Under the pieces are notes generated by a model, which saw nothing but the letters and a program-made list of their open reading frames with translations, made no database searches and was not told the DNA's origin. A stretch of DNA of 32,000 nt, taken from the sequence record MK820638.1. One strand, 5' to 3'. Below are positions 1 through 7,888 of the stretch, in pieces; position 1 is the stretch's first letter; every line of letters starts with the position of its first letter. The stretch is from Mycobacterium phage HermioneGrange. The position numbers and the translations under genes were made by a program.

Positions 1-1
1 C

Positions 2-127
2 AAGAACGTCGGCGTGCTCAACGTTCGTCCGAAGACTCCGCTGGAGCGCTCGGGTGAATACCCGGCGTTCGGTTCGGTCGAGTGGCAGGTGTTCCAGCAG
101 AGCTCCCCGCTGTACTGGGGCTACTGA
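2..127 (+). CDS. C-terminal fragment of a head/connector protein (5' end outside window)
   Basis: Open frame from base 2 (KNVGVLNVRPKTPLERSGEYPAFGSVEWQVFQQSSPLYWGY) ending at TGA 125-127, overlapping the next ATG. Confidence 0.6.
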   Translation, partial: KNVGVLNVRPKTPLERSGEYPAFGSVEWQVFQQSSPLYWGY

Positions 128-489
128 TGAGCGGGCTCCTGGACGACGGGGCTAACTACGAGCCCGTAACGGTGTACCCCGAGGTGACTCGGAAGGACCG
201 GCTGGGCAACACCCTGGTCGGCCCTTCTGCCACCGGAGTCGAGACAGTCGCGCGATTCCAGGTCCAGAACCAGTCGGGCACGTCTTCCCGCCGAGCGGAG
301 ATGGACGACATCGGCGACATGACCGAGCAGGTCTACACGATGCGACTCCCCCGGTCGTTCACGACCGAGTTGAAGTCCGGGTCCGAGGTTGTGTGGCGCG
401 GTGAGCGCTGGGGCGTGTACGGCGACCCTCGTCGTTACAACGGCTCTCGCCGCACCGCCCGCCTCGAATACGTGGTTCGGAGGTTCTGA
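127..489 (+). CDS. Head-to-tail connector/stopper-like protein (120 aa)
   Basis: ATG at 127 overlaps the upstream stop (TGATG). Position and size fit a connector gene. The 82 start in the ORF track runs into the upstream gene. Confidence 0.65.
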   Translation: MSGLLDDGANYEPVTVYPEVTRKDRLGNTLVGPSATGVETVARFQVQNQSGTSSRRAEMDDIGDMTEQVYTMRLPRSFTTELKSGSEVVWRGERWGVYGDPRRYNGSRRTARLEYVVRRF

Positions 490-884
490 TGCCTTTGTAC
501 TACGGGCGATCCGGTCTGAACAAAGTCGTGTCGCACCTGCCCGGTGTGGTCCACGAGATGCGCTCCGAAGCTGACGAGGTCGCTGACCGGGCGAAGGCCA
601 ACCTGGCTGCCGCTCGTGCGAGCACGCAGTGGGAGAAGATCCACGGCCCGGACCATCTGACGAAGATCACTCGGACCAACGGTTCGGTGGATGCCTACGT
701 CAACATGGAGGCCCCTAGCCCCGAGTCGATCGAGTACGGCCACTACCCGTCCGGTGTCTTCGACCCGGAGAAGTACGGCCGCGTCACGAAGGCTCCGCAG
801 GGGCTGTACATCCTCACCGGTGCCGCCGGGTTCGGTGGCCAGACCGCTATCTCTACCGGCGCTAAGCGCGGGAAGAGGGGGTAA
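489..884 (+). CDS. Head-to-tail connector / HK97 gp10-like protein
   Basis: 131 aa; TGATG overlap with the upstream gene; conserved position in a siphovirus neck module. Confidence 0.6.
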   Translation: MPLYYGRSGLNKVVSHLPGVVHEMRSEADEVADRAKANLAAARASTQWEKIHGPDHLTKITRTNGSVDAYVNMEAPSPESIEYGHYPSGVFDPEKYGRVTKAPQGLYILTGAAGFGGQTAISTGAKRGKRG

Positions 885-887
885 CGC

Positions 888-1334
888 ATGGCTGGCAAGC
901 TTCCGATCGTCGGTGAGGTCGTGCTCCCGATTCTCCGCGGCCACGAGGACCTGTCCAATCCGATCAGCACTGTCCCGTCTCTGACGGGTGTGCATGTCGG
1001 GACGTGGGTCGAGGACATCGACTCCCGCACGTTCCCGCTGATCACCGTCCGTCGCGTAGGCGGTACCCGCAGCCCCGAGCACCCGACGCTGTTCACGCAG
1101 CCGGTGGTCGAGATGACCGCTTACTCAGCGGCTGACCTGCCCACTACCGAGCAGATGTACGAGGACGCCCTAGAGGTCTTGTACCGCGCTGCACGTCTTC
1201 AAACCAAAACGCCAGCCGGCTATCTGCACTCGGTGACCGAGACCTTGGGCGCGTCCCACGGCCCGTCACCGTTTGACCGCACCTGGCGCGTCTTCGGCCT
1301 GATCCGACTCGGCATCCGGCCCCCTAAGAACTAA
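888..1334 (+). CDS. Tail terminator-like protein
   Basis: 148 aa ORF immediately upstream of the major tail subunit; inferred by synteny. Confidence 0.6.
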   Translation: MAGKLPIVGEVVLPILRGHEDLSNPISTVPSLTGVHVGTWVEDIDSRTFPLITVRRVGGTRSPEHPTLFTQPVVEMTAYSAADLPTTEQMYEDALEVLYRAARLQTKTPAGYLHSVTETLGASHGPSPFDRTWRVFGLIRLGIRPPKN

Positions 1335-1342
1335 GGAACCAA

Positions 1343-2194
1343 ATGGCACTGAAAGATGATGCCGTCCTCATTGCCGCGCGGGGGTACGTGTACACCGCTG
1401 CGGTCGGCACGGCGGCACCTACCCCTTCTCAGCTCAAGCTGATCGACCTGGAGCACCCCGAGGCGTGGGACCGCACCGGCTGGGAGCTCGTCGGACACAC
1501 CTCCGAGGATGATCTGCCCGAGTTCGGCTTCGACGGCGGGGACTCCGAGGTCCGCGGCTCGTGGCAGAAGAAGAAGCTGCGCGAGGTCGAGACGGAAGAG
1601 ATCGCGGACTACGTGGTCATCAACCTGACCCAGTTCGACGAGTCGGCTCTGGAGCTGTACTTCGGCCCGAACCAGTCGGCTACCCCCGGCATCTTCGGCG
1701 TGAAGTCCGGCTCGGTCGTGAACGAGCGTGCGCTGCTGATCGTGATCGTCGACAACGACGTTCGCCTCGGCTTCCACGCCCGTAAGGCTTCGCTGAAGCG
1801 CGAGGACGCGATCTCGCTGGCGACCGACGAGTTCGGCGCTCTGCCGGTGCGCGCGACCTTCCTCGACTATCAGTCGTACAACCTGTACGAGTGGATCGAA
1901 GAGGACTGGTTCAACGCCGCTGACGCGCCGGTCGTGTACCTGCTCGATCTGGGCGGCGCTACCGGCGGTGACTACACCCTGTTGGTCGGCGGCAAGTCCA
2001 CCGACGACATCGCCTACAACGCCAACGCTTCCGCGATCAAGACCGCGATCGGTGCTGTCGATGACGGTGTCGCCGAGTCTGCGTGGACGGTCACGGCCGA
2101 CGGCTCGGACTTCGAGATCTCGGGTCCGCTGGCTGTTGCGCTGGGCGTTGACAGCACCACGGGCGGCTCCGGCGTAACCGTCGACGTCGCCTGA
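1343..2194 (+). CDS. Major tail subunit
   Basis: 283 aa; position before the chaperone pair. MALKDDAVLIAARGYVYTA start typical of cluster A major tail proteins; C-terminal add-on domain GDYTLLVGGKSTDDIAYNANASAI. Confidence 0.85.
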   Translation: MALKDDAVLIAARGYVYTAAVGTAAPTPSQLKLIDLEHPEAWDRTGWELVGHTSEDDLPEFGFDGGDSEVRGSWQKKKLREVETEEIADYVVINLTQFDESALELYFGPNQSATPGIFGVKSGSVVNERALLIVIVDNDVRLGFHARKASLKREDAISLATDEFGALPVRATFLDYQSYNLYEWIEEDWFNAADAPVVYLLDLGGATGGDYTLLVGGKSTDDIAYNANASAIKTAIGAVDDGVAESAWTVTADGSDFEISGPLAVALGVDSTTGGSGVTVDVA

Positions 2195-2200
2195 TTCGAA

Positions 2201-2213
2201 CTTGACACGTAAC
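2201..2213 (+). promoter_or_regulatory. Stoperator-like 13-mer (CTTGACACGTAAC)
   Basis: Reverse complement GTTACGTGTCAAG matches Bxb1-type consensus GTTACGWDTCAAG. Confidence 0.85.
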
Positions 2214-2224
2214 CCGTGTCAAAC

Positions 2225-2267
2225 GGGGAGCCGCCTGCACACCTTGGCGGGCCTTGGGCGGCTCCCC
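2225..2267 (+). terminator. Strong stem-loop between major tail and chaperone genes (terminator/attenuator candidate)
   Basis: GGGGAGCCGCC (2225-2235) pairs perfectly with GGCGGCTCCCC (2257-2267); no clear U-tract follows. Confidence 0.5.
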
Positions 2268-2314
2268 ACCTCCCGCTTTACCTAGCCCGCCGCCAATCGA
2301 AAGGCCTGCCACCT

Positions 2315-2692
2315 ATGAGCACGATTCTCAACCTGGACAACATCCGAGAGGAAGCCGACCGCGAGTTCGGAGCCCCGGTACCGATCCAGATCGACAAAGA
2401 CACCACTGTCTATCTCCGCAACGCGACGCGCCTCCGCAAGGACGTGCGCAAAGACGTGCTGAAGCAGCTGGACATCATCAAAGCGGTCAACGACAAGTCT
2501 TCCGATGACACCACCGAGGCAGACGTCGACAAGCTGACTAACGCTGTGTTCAAGATCCTCAGCCTGTCCGCGGGCCGGGACTCCAAGACGCTACTCGACG
2601 CTATCGACGAGGACGTCGCGGTCGCCACGAAGATCCTCAACCACTGGCTGGAGGAGACGCAAGTGGGGGAAGCCTCCAGCTCGGAGGACTGA
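2315..2692 (+). CDS. Tail assembly chaperone (frame 0 product)
   Basis: ATG at 2315; MSTILNLDNIREEADREFGAPVPIQIDKDTTVYLRN; located between the major tail gene and the tape measure. Confidence 0.85.
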   Translation: MSTILNLDNIREEADREFGAPVPIQIDKDTTVYLRNATRLRKDVRKDVLKQLDIIKAVNDKSSDDTTEADVDKLTNAVFKILSLSAGRDSKTLLDAIDEDVAVATKILNHWLEETQVGEASSSED

Positions 2693-3114
2693 TCGACGAC
2701 TACGGCGACGCCCTGTACGCGGACTTCCGGTCCCACTACCACATGAACCTCGCGGATCTGTTCGATCCCGCCTCCCGGCTCGGACCTATCCAGGTCCTGG
2801 CGCTTATCAAAGAGCTGCCCCGGGAGGGCAGGTTCTGGTCCGAGAAGCAGGGCGGGCCTCAGTTCCGCGGTTGGACCGATCAGACGTACACCACCGCGGC
2901 GCTGGTCAACGAAATCCGAGCTCTCAAGTTCATGTACCTGCTGGCGAACACGTCGAAGGACAAGCGCCGCAGGCTGACCCCGCCCGAACCGTTCCCGGTT
3001 CCGCAGGTCAAAGCCCACAAGGCGAAGAAGTACAAACCCGGCTCGTTCGGAGCCGTCGCGGCCATGCGTATGGCTGCTTCCCGCAATCGGAAGGCCCAGG
3101 CAACGGGCAGATAG
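2315..3114 (+). CDS. Tail assembly chaperone, -1 frameshift fusion product
   Basis: After the slip at 2665-2671 the -1 frame reads SLQLGGLIDDYGDALYADFRSHYHMNLADLFDPASRLGPIQ... to the stop at 3114 (track ORF 2743..3114). Confidence 0.85.
2665..2671 (+). promoter_or_regulatory. Programmed -1 frameshift slippery site GGGGGAA
   Basis: Phasing G|GGG|GAA in the chaperone frame. The -1 frame is open from here to 3114. Confidence 0.85.
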
Positions 3115-3125
3115 TGAGGTAGCTC

Positions 3126-5606
3126 GTGGCTGCAGGGAAAGAGGTCGGCCGCCTAAGTATCAAGGTGACCCCTGACCTCGACGGGTTCTACCGAGAGCTG
3201 AAGCGGGCGATCGAATCCGCCGAGAAGATGAAGGTCCACATCCCGGTCGAGCCGGACATGGGGAACTTCCGCTCCGAGGTTGCGGCTAAGACCAAAGGTA
3301 TGTCCGCCAAGGTCAAGGTCGATGCGGACGTCGATGTTGACAAGGGGTTCTTCCGCAGGATCTCCGAAGGCATCTCCAAAATCCCGGGGCCGTCGTTCGG
3401 GTCCGGTATCAACCCGGCGGGCTACGCGGCAATCTTCGCAGGTATCACCGTCCTAGCCGCCCCGCTGATCGGACTACTGACCTCTGCGCTGCTGACTCTT
3501 CCCGGATTGATTTCCGCGGTAGCCGTGCCGATCGGCGCACTGGCCCTCGGCATCGACGGCCTGAAGAAGGCTGCGGAGCGGCTGCAGGAGCCGTTCGAGG
3601 CTCTCAAAGCGTCTATGTCTGCGGCGGTCGAGCAGCAGTTCGGGCCGGTCTTCGACCAGCTAGGGAAGGCGTTCCCGATGCTGGCGGCGAACCTGCCGAA
3701 GGTGACGCAGGGTATGGCGGACTTCGCCAAGTCGTTCACCGACACCATCACCTCTGAGGCCGGGATGGCCAAGATCGAGGGGATTATCTCGAACATCGGC
3801 GCGGCTATCTCACGTGCCGCTCCTGGCATCGGATCGTTCACCGACGGGCTGCTCACTCTGGCTGAGAAGTTCACCTCGAAGCTGCCGAACGTCGCTGACT
3901 GGTTCAACCAGACGGGCGAGTCGTTCCGGAACTGGATCAACAAACTCAACGAGGATGGGACGCTCGACAAAGCGTTCGACGGCCTCGGGGCCTCCCTCAA
4001 GACGCTGCTCGAAGGCGTCGGGGGGATTCTCGAAAGCGGCCTGGACTTCTTCAAAGACCCGAAGAACATCGAGGACTTCAACGAGGGGCTGAAGTCGATC
4101 GGGGATTCCCTCCAGTCGATCGTCAACCTGTCGAACACCCTCAACGGTATGGGGGACCTGTTCAAGGGTCTGCTACCGAACTTCGACGGGTCCGCTCTGA
4201 CAGACGACCTGTTCGCTCCTTTCACCTCCGAGGACGCGGGCTGGCGAGACATGTTCGCCAAGCTCCAGATCGGCTGGGAAGGCGTCAAGATGAAGGCGTC
4301 CGAGGTCTGGTCCTCGGTGCAGACTTCCGCCGCTACCGCTATGGCGTCGGTAGCCGCTACGATCGCCACACTCCCGTCGACGCTGTCGAACGTCTGGAAC
4401 TCGATCACCACGAGCGTCTCTGCGGTCTGGAGCCAGATCGTCGCCGGAGTTTCCGCCGGGGCACGGCAGGTGCTCTCCGCTGTCGGCAACGCGTTCAGCT
4501 CTGTCGGCTCGGTCATCTCCAACGCATTCTCGGTAGCGGTCAACGCTGTCCGGGACGCGTTCAACCAGATGGTCTCGGCGGCTGTCGAGGGGGCTTCCCG
4601 AGTCCTGGCCGAGATCCAGGCTCTGCCCGGGAAGATCGCTGCCGCCGCCGGTAACTTCGGCTCGGCCCTGGTGGCCGCGGGTAAAGCCCTGATGGACGGA
4701 CTGTTGTCCGGTATCAAGGCCGGCCTGGAGTCGGTGCTCTCGTTCGCATCCGGCATCGCCGCCAAGATCGCTGCGGTCAAGGGGCCTCTGCCCAAGGACC
4801 GCAAAGAGCTGATCCCCGCAGGCGAGGCGCTGATGGAAGGCCTCGGCACCGGCCTGGAGAACGGGCTGGACCCGGTTCTCGACCGGGCCAAGCAGATGGC
4901 CAAGCAGATCTTCGAGGCGTTCAAGGAGACGTTCGGCACCGCTCCCGGAGCCGTCGCCTTCAACCTTGGGGGCGGTACAGCCGCTTTGCAGTCCAGCCTC
5001 GGCGATGTCCAGTCCTCGCTGCAGTCGACTCTCGACACGTCGAAGGAGCTGAACAAGTCGTTCGCCGAACCGATCGCGGGGGCCGCGGACGGCTCCTCGC
5101 TGCTCAGCGGCGACATGAAGCAGCAGATCAAAGACGTCCAGGATCAGATGGCCCTGCTCGAACTGCAGAGGAAGCAGCTCAAGGTCCAGAAGAACGAGGC
5201 CGGGTCTAAAGAGGACAAGGCCGCGATCCAGGAGAAGATCGACGCCCTCCAGGCCGAGAAGGACAAGCTGGCCTACCAGAAGGACCAGCTCAAGATCCAG
5301 CAGCAGCAGACCGGGCAGATGGGTGAGCAGAAGACGCTGGCCCAGTTCCTCGGCGAGCAGTTCGCCTCGACCTGGCAGCAGGGTACCGACGCTGTCGCCG
5401 GGTTCGCTCGGGCGAACCTCGACCAGGCGATGGGCGACCTCGGTATCGGCGGGGGCGCGATCACCAACGGTCTGAACGCTGGTCTCGACTGGGGAGTGCA
5501 GGCGCTCGGAAACGTCATGAACATCCAGGTCAACTCGGTTGACGACGCTATTGCGGTGAAGAACAACGAGGTCGCTAAGCAGGCCTTGACTTACACACGC
5601 CGCTAA
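3126..5606 (+). CDS. Tape measure protein
   Basis: 826 aa (GTG start); Ala-rich with hydrophobic segments and C-terminal coiled-coil; largest tail ORF, directly after the chaperones. Confidence 0.93.
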   Translation: MAAGKEVGRLSIKVTPDLDGFYRELKRAIESAEKMKVHIPVEPDMGNFRSEVAAKTKGMSAKVKVDADVDVDKGFFRRISEGISKIPGPSFGSGINPAGYAAIFAGITVLAAPLIGLLTSALLTLPGLISAVAVPIGALALGIDGLKKAAERLQEPFEALKASMSAAVEQQFGPVFDQLGKAFPMLAANLPKVTQGMADFAKSFTDTITSEAGMAKIEGIISNIGAAISRAAPGIGSFTDGLLTLAEKFTSKLPNVADWFNQTGESFRNWINKLNEDGTLDKAFDGLGASLKTLLEGVGGILESGLDFFKDPKNIEDFNEGLKSIGDSLQSIVNLSNTLNGMGDLFKGLLPNFDGSALTDDLFAPFTSEDAGWRDMFAKLQIGWEGVKMKASEVWSSVQTSAATAMASVAATIATLPSTLSNVWNSITTSVSAVWSQIVAGVSAGARQVLSAVGNAFSSVGSVISNAFSVAVNAVRDAFNQMVSAAVEGASRVLAEIQALPGKIAAAAGNFGSALVAAGKALMDGLLSGIKAGLESVLSFASGIAAKIAAVKGPLPKDRKELIPAGEALMEGLGTGLENGLDPVLDRAKQMAKQIFEAFKETFGTAPGAVAFNLGGGTAALQSSLGDVQSSLQSTLDTSKELNKSFAEPIAGAADGSSLLSGDMKQQIKDVQDQMALLELQRKQLKVQKNEAGSKEDKAAIQEKIDALQAEKDKLAYQKDQLKIQQQQTGQMGEQKTLAQFLGEQFASTWQQGTDAVAGFARANLDQAMGDLGIGGGAITNGLNAGLDWGVQALGNVMNIQVNSVDDAIAVKNNEVAKQALTYTRR

Positions 5607-5619
5607 CTTGAAACGTAAC
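5607..5619 (+). promoter_or_regulatory. Stoperator-like 13-mer (CTTGAAACGTAAC)
   Basis: Between tape measure stop and next RBS; rc GTTACGTTTCAAG. Confidence 0.85.
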
Positions 5620-5629
5620 GAGGAGTTAC

Positions 5630-7687
5630 ATGGCTTCCAGACTGCTGGACCCCGATACCCTCGTCGAACTCGAAGGTGTCAACGGTGAGTGGTTCGACCT
5701 CACCAACGGCACCGAGGGGATCTACCTCGCTACCGAGGTGACGGGTCTGCTCGACCCGCCGGTGAAGGCGACGTACGAGGAGCCAGGGAACTTCCCCGGC
5801 GCTCGGTACCTGAACCACCGCGTCCTGCGACGCGACCTGGTGTTCGGCGTCGAGATCCTCAACGACGAGAACGACGAGACCTGGCTGCGCCGGGATTCGG
5901 CGTGGCGCAAAGCGTGGTCGTTCAAGCGCGACGCGAAGCTCCACATCACCACCGGAGAGTCCGGGCACCGCTACCTGAAGGTGCGGCTGTTCGAGTCCCC
6001 GACGACTGACATGGTCACCGACCCGCGCGGTCGGGAGGTGAACATCACGAAGATGGTCGTCGTCGCGGGCGACCCGTTCTGGTACGAGGACGATGTCGTC
6101 TACCCGATCGAGGTCCAAGAGGACACGACGTTCGACCCGAACCCGTTGCCGTGGCCGTGGCCGCAGCCGGAGCTTCCGGTCGAGGACATCGAGATCACGG
6201 TCCCGAACGCGAACCCGACGGATAACATCATCTGGCCGAAGTGGACGCTGCCCGGGTCGTCGGAGAAGCCTGCCGAACCTTACATCCCCGGTCTGCCGTG
6301 GCTCGGTGCTCCGAAGTCCCCGGCCACGCTGTGGACGGTCCCGGATTACAAGCTCGATCTCGACGAGGACGAGGACCCGTCGCTCGGCACCCGGCGTATC
6401 CGGATGCCCGGGCAGATCGGTGGTCTGCGCGTCGAGGAAGTCCAGCAGATCTACATCGACGGCCGCCCGACCGGCGGCACGTTCAAGATCGGGTACGGCG
6501 ATGAGTGGACCGAGCCGATCGCGTACAACGCGACCCCGAACGAGGTCCGCGCTGCGCTGATCGCGCTGTCGGGTATCTCCGCCAACGACGTCGAGGTGTC
6601 TCTCGGCGGGGCGACGAACGAGGTCCAGACGGTTCGCCTCAAGGGCGGCGCTCTGGGCGGCACGTTCACGCTGTCGCTGGGCTCGGAGACCACGATCGGT
6701 ATCCCGTTCAACGCCTCCGACGCCGACCTTCAGGGCGCGTTGGTGGGGCTGGATTCGATCGGCTCCGCTGACGTCAGGGTGAAGTCTACGAAGATCAACG
6801 AGGTCCAGGTGGTCGAGCTGGTCGGGGAACCGACCTCGGGTTCGTTCACGCTGACGCTCGACGGGCAGACCACGGCTCCGATCGCGTACAACGCGACGCC
6901 GGCTACGGTGGCGGCCCGGATCGCGGACCTGCCGAACATCGACGGTAACTACGTCAAGGTCGAGGGTCTGAACGAGTGGTTCTACTCGCCGTACCGCATC
7001 ACGTTCGGCGAAGCCCAGAGCCAGGGCGTCATCACCGACATCATCTCGGGGATTATCGATTTCATCGGCGGCTTGTTCGGCGGTAACGCCTCGGGCAAAG
7101 GCGTCGGCGGTATCGACATCGACGAGATGACAGGTGACGTCGGCACGCTCTCGGGCGGTGCTGGGCTCGATGTCCAGGTGACCACCGAGCAGGACGGCGA
7201 CCGGCTGTACGTCGTGTCGTTCCAGCGTGCTGCTGGCGGTCTGAACCTGCCGCAGCTGGTGGGTAACGCCTCCGGTCTGGAAGGCGACGATCTCTCGATC
7301 GAGACCGCTACCAACGTCGACGGCGGTCGCCCGTACGTCGTCCGGTTCACCGACGACCTGCAAGGCGTGGACGTCCCGACTATGACGGTCGATACGGACG
7401 GTCTGACCGGCGGGTACGAGGTCGGCAGCCGCGTGGTGGTTCTCCGTGAGGGCTACACGTACCCGGCTGAGAACGTCGTCGTCGACTCCGATCCTCGCGA
7501 GGAGCAGGTGTCTTCGGAGTCTGGCTCCCCGATCTGGGAGCGGATGAACTCTGTCCGGTTCCTGCACTACATCCCGCCGTACACCGGCGAGGTCACGTTC
7601 AAGTTGTCCGTGTCCGGGGCTGTCCCCGGGCAGATTGCCACGCTGCGCCTTCCGCGCGCCTGGTCCCGTCCTTGGGGCCTAGAATAG
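5630..7687 (+). CDS. Minor tail protein (distal-tail type) with internal repeat domains
   Basis: 685 aa immediately after the tape measure. Repeated GTFxLxxGxxxTxxIAYNATPxxVxAAL units. Confidence 0.85.
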   Translation: MASRLLDPDTLVELEGVNGEWFDLTNGTEGIYLATEVTGLLDPPVKATYEEPGNFPGARYLNHRVLRRDLVFGVEILNDENDETWLRRDSAWRKAWSFKRDAKLHITTGESGHRYLKVRLFESPTTDMVTDPRGREVNITKMVVVAGDPFWYEDDVVYPIEVQEDTTFDPNPLPWPWPQPELPVEDIEITVPNANPTDNIIWPKWTLPGSSEKPAEPYIPGLPWLGAPKSPATLWTVPDYKLDLDEDEDPSLGTRRIRMPGQIGGLRVEEVQQIYIDGRPTGGTFKIGYGDEWTEPIAYNATPNEVRAALIALSGISANDVEVSLGGATNEVQTVRLKGGALGGTFTLSLGSETTIGIPFNASDADLQGALVGLDSIGSADVRVKSTKINEVQVVELVGEPTSGSFTLTLDGQTTAPIAYNATPATVAARIADLPNIDGNYVKVEGLNEWFYSPYRITFGEAQSQGVITDIISGIIDFIGGLFGGNASGKGVGGIDIDEMTGDVGTLSGGAGLDVQVTTEQDGDRLYVVSFQRAAGGLNLPQLVGNASGLEGDDLSIETATNVDGGRPYVVRFTDDLQGVDVPTMTVDTDGLTGGYEVGSRVVVLREGYTYPAENVVVDSDPREEQVSSESGSPIWERMNSVRFLHYIPPYTGEVTFKLSVSGAVPGQIATLRLPRAWSRPWGLE
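6476..6965 (+). repeat. Three tandem diverged copies of a tail domain; 20-nt exact repeat at 6515-6534 and 6878-6897
   Basis: GGTFKIGYGDEWTEPIAYNATPNEVRAAL / GGTFTLSLGSETTIGIPFNASDADLQGAL / GSFTLTLDGQTTAPIAYNATPATVAARI; DNA ccgatcgcgtacaacgcgac occurs twice. Confidence 0.8.
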
Positions 7688-7705
7688 TCTGAAAGGCCAG
7701 GTCAG

Positions 7706-7888
7706 ATGGGTTTTACCCTCCGCCTGTTCGGCATCCCGGTCCTGAGCCTGGAGATCACCGGCGACGGCTCTGCCGAAGAGTACATCAGCCTCACGGGTGG
7801 CTCGTTCGAGCTGGCTCCCGAGGAGCCCGAGTACGACGAAGAGTACTACGAGGAAGACCGTAGCGGGTTCGGCTTCGGGGTGAGCTGA
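7706..7888 (+). CDS. Small acidic protein in tail module, unknown function
   Basis: 60 aa MGFTLRLFGIPVLSLEITGDG...EEPEYDEEYYEEDRSGFGFGVS; stop overlaps the next start (TGATG). Confidence 0.75.
   Translation: MGFTLRLFGIPVLSLEITGDGSAEEYISLTGGSFELAPEEPEYDEEYYEEDRSGFGFGVS

Noticed and set aside
3422-5131. 569-aa ORF on the - strand opposite the tape measure
   Set aside because: Mirror of a high-GC coding frame (Ser/Arg/Ala/Pro-rich, no recognisable domain) antisense to a convincing tape measure gene.
5603-7567. 654-aa - strand ORF opposite the minor tail gene
   Set aside because: Arg/Val/Asp-rich antisense artefact of codon bias; opposite strand has a clear tail protein.
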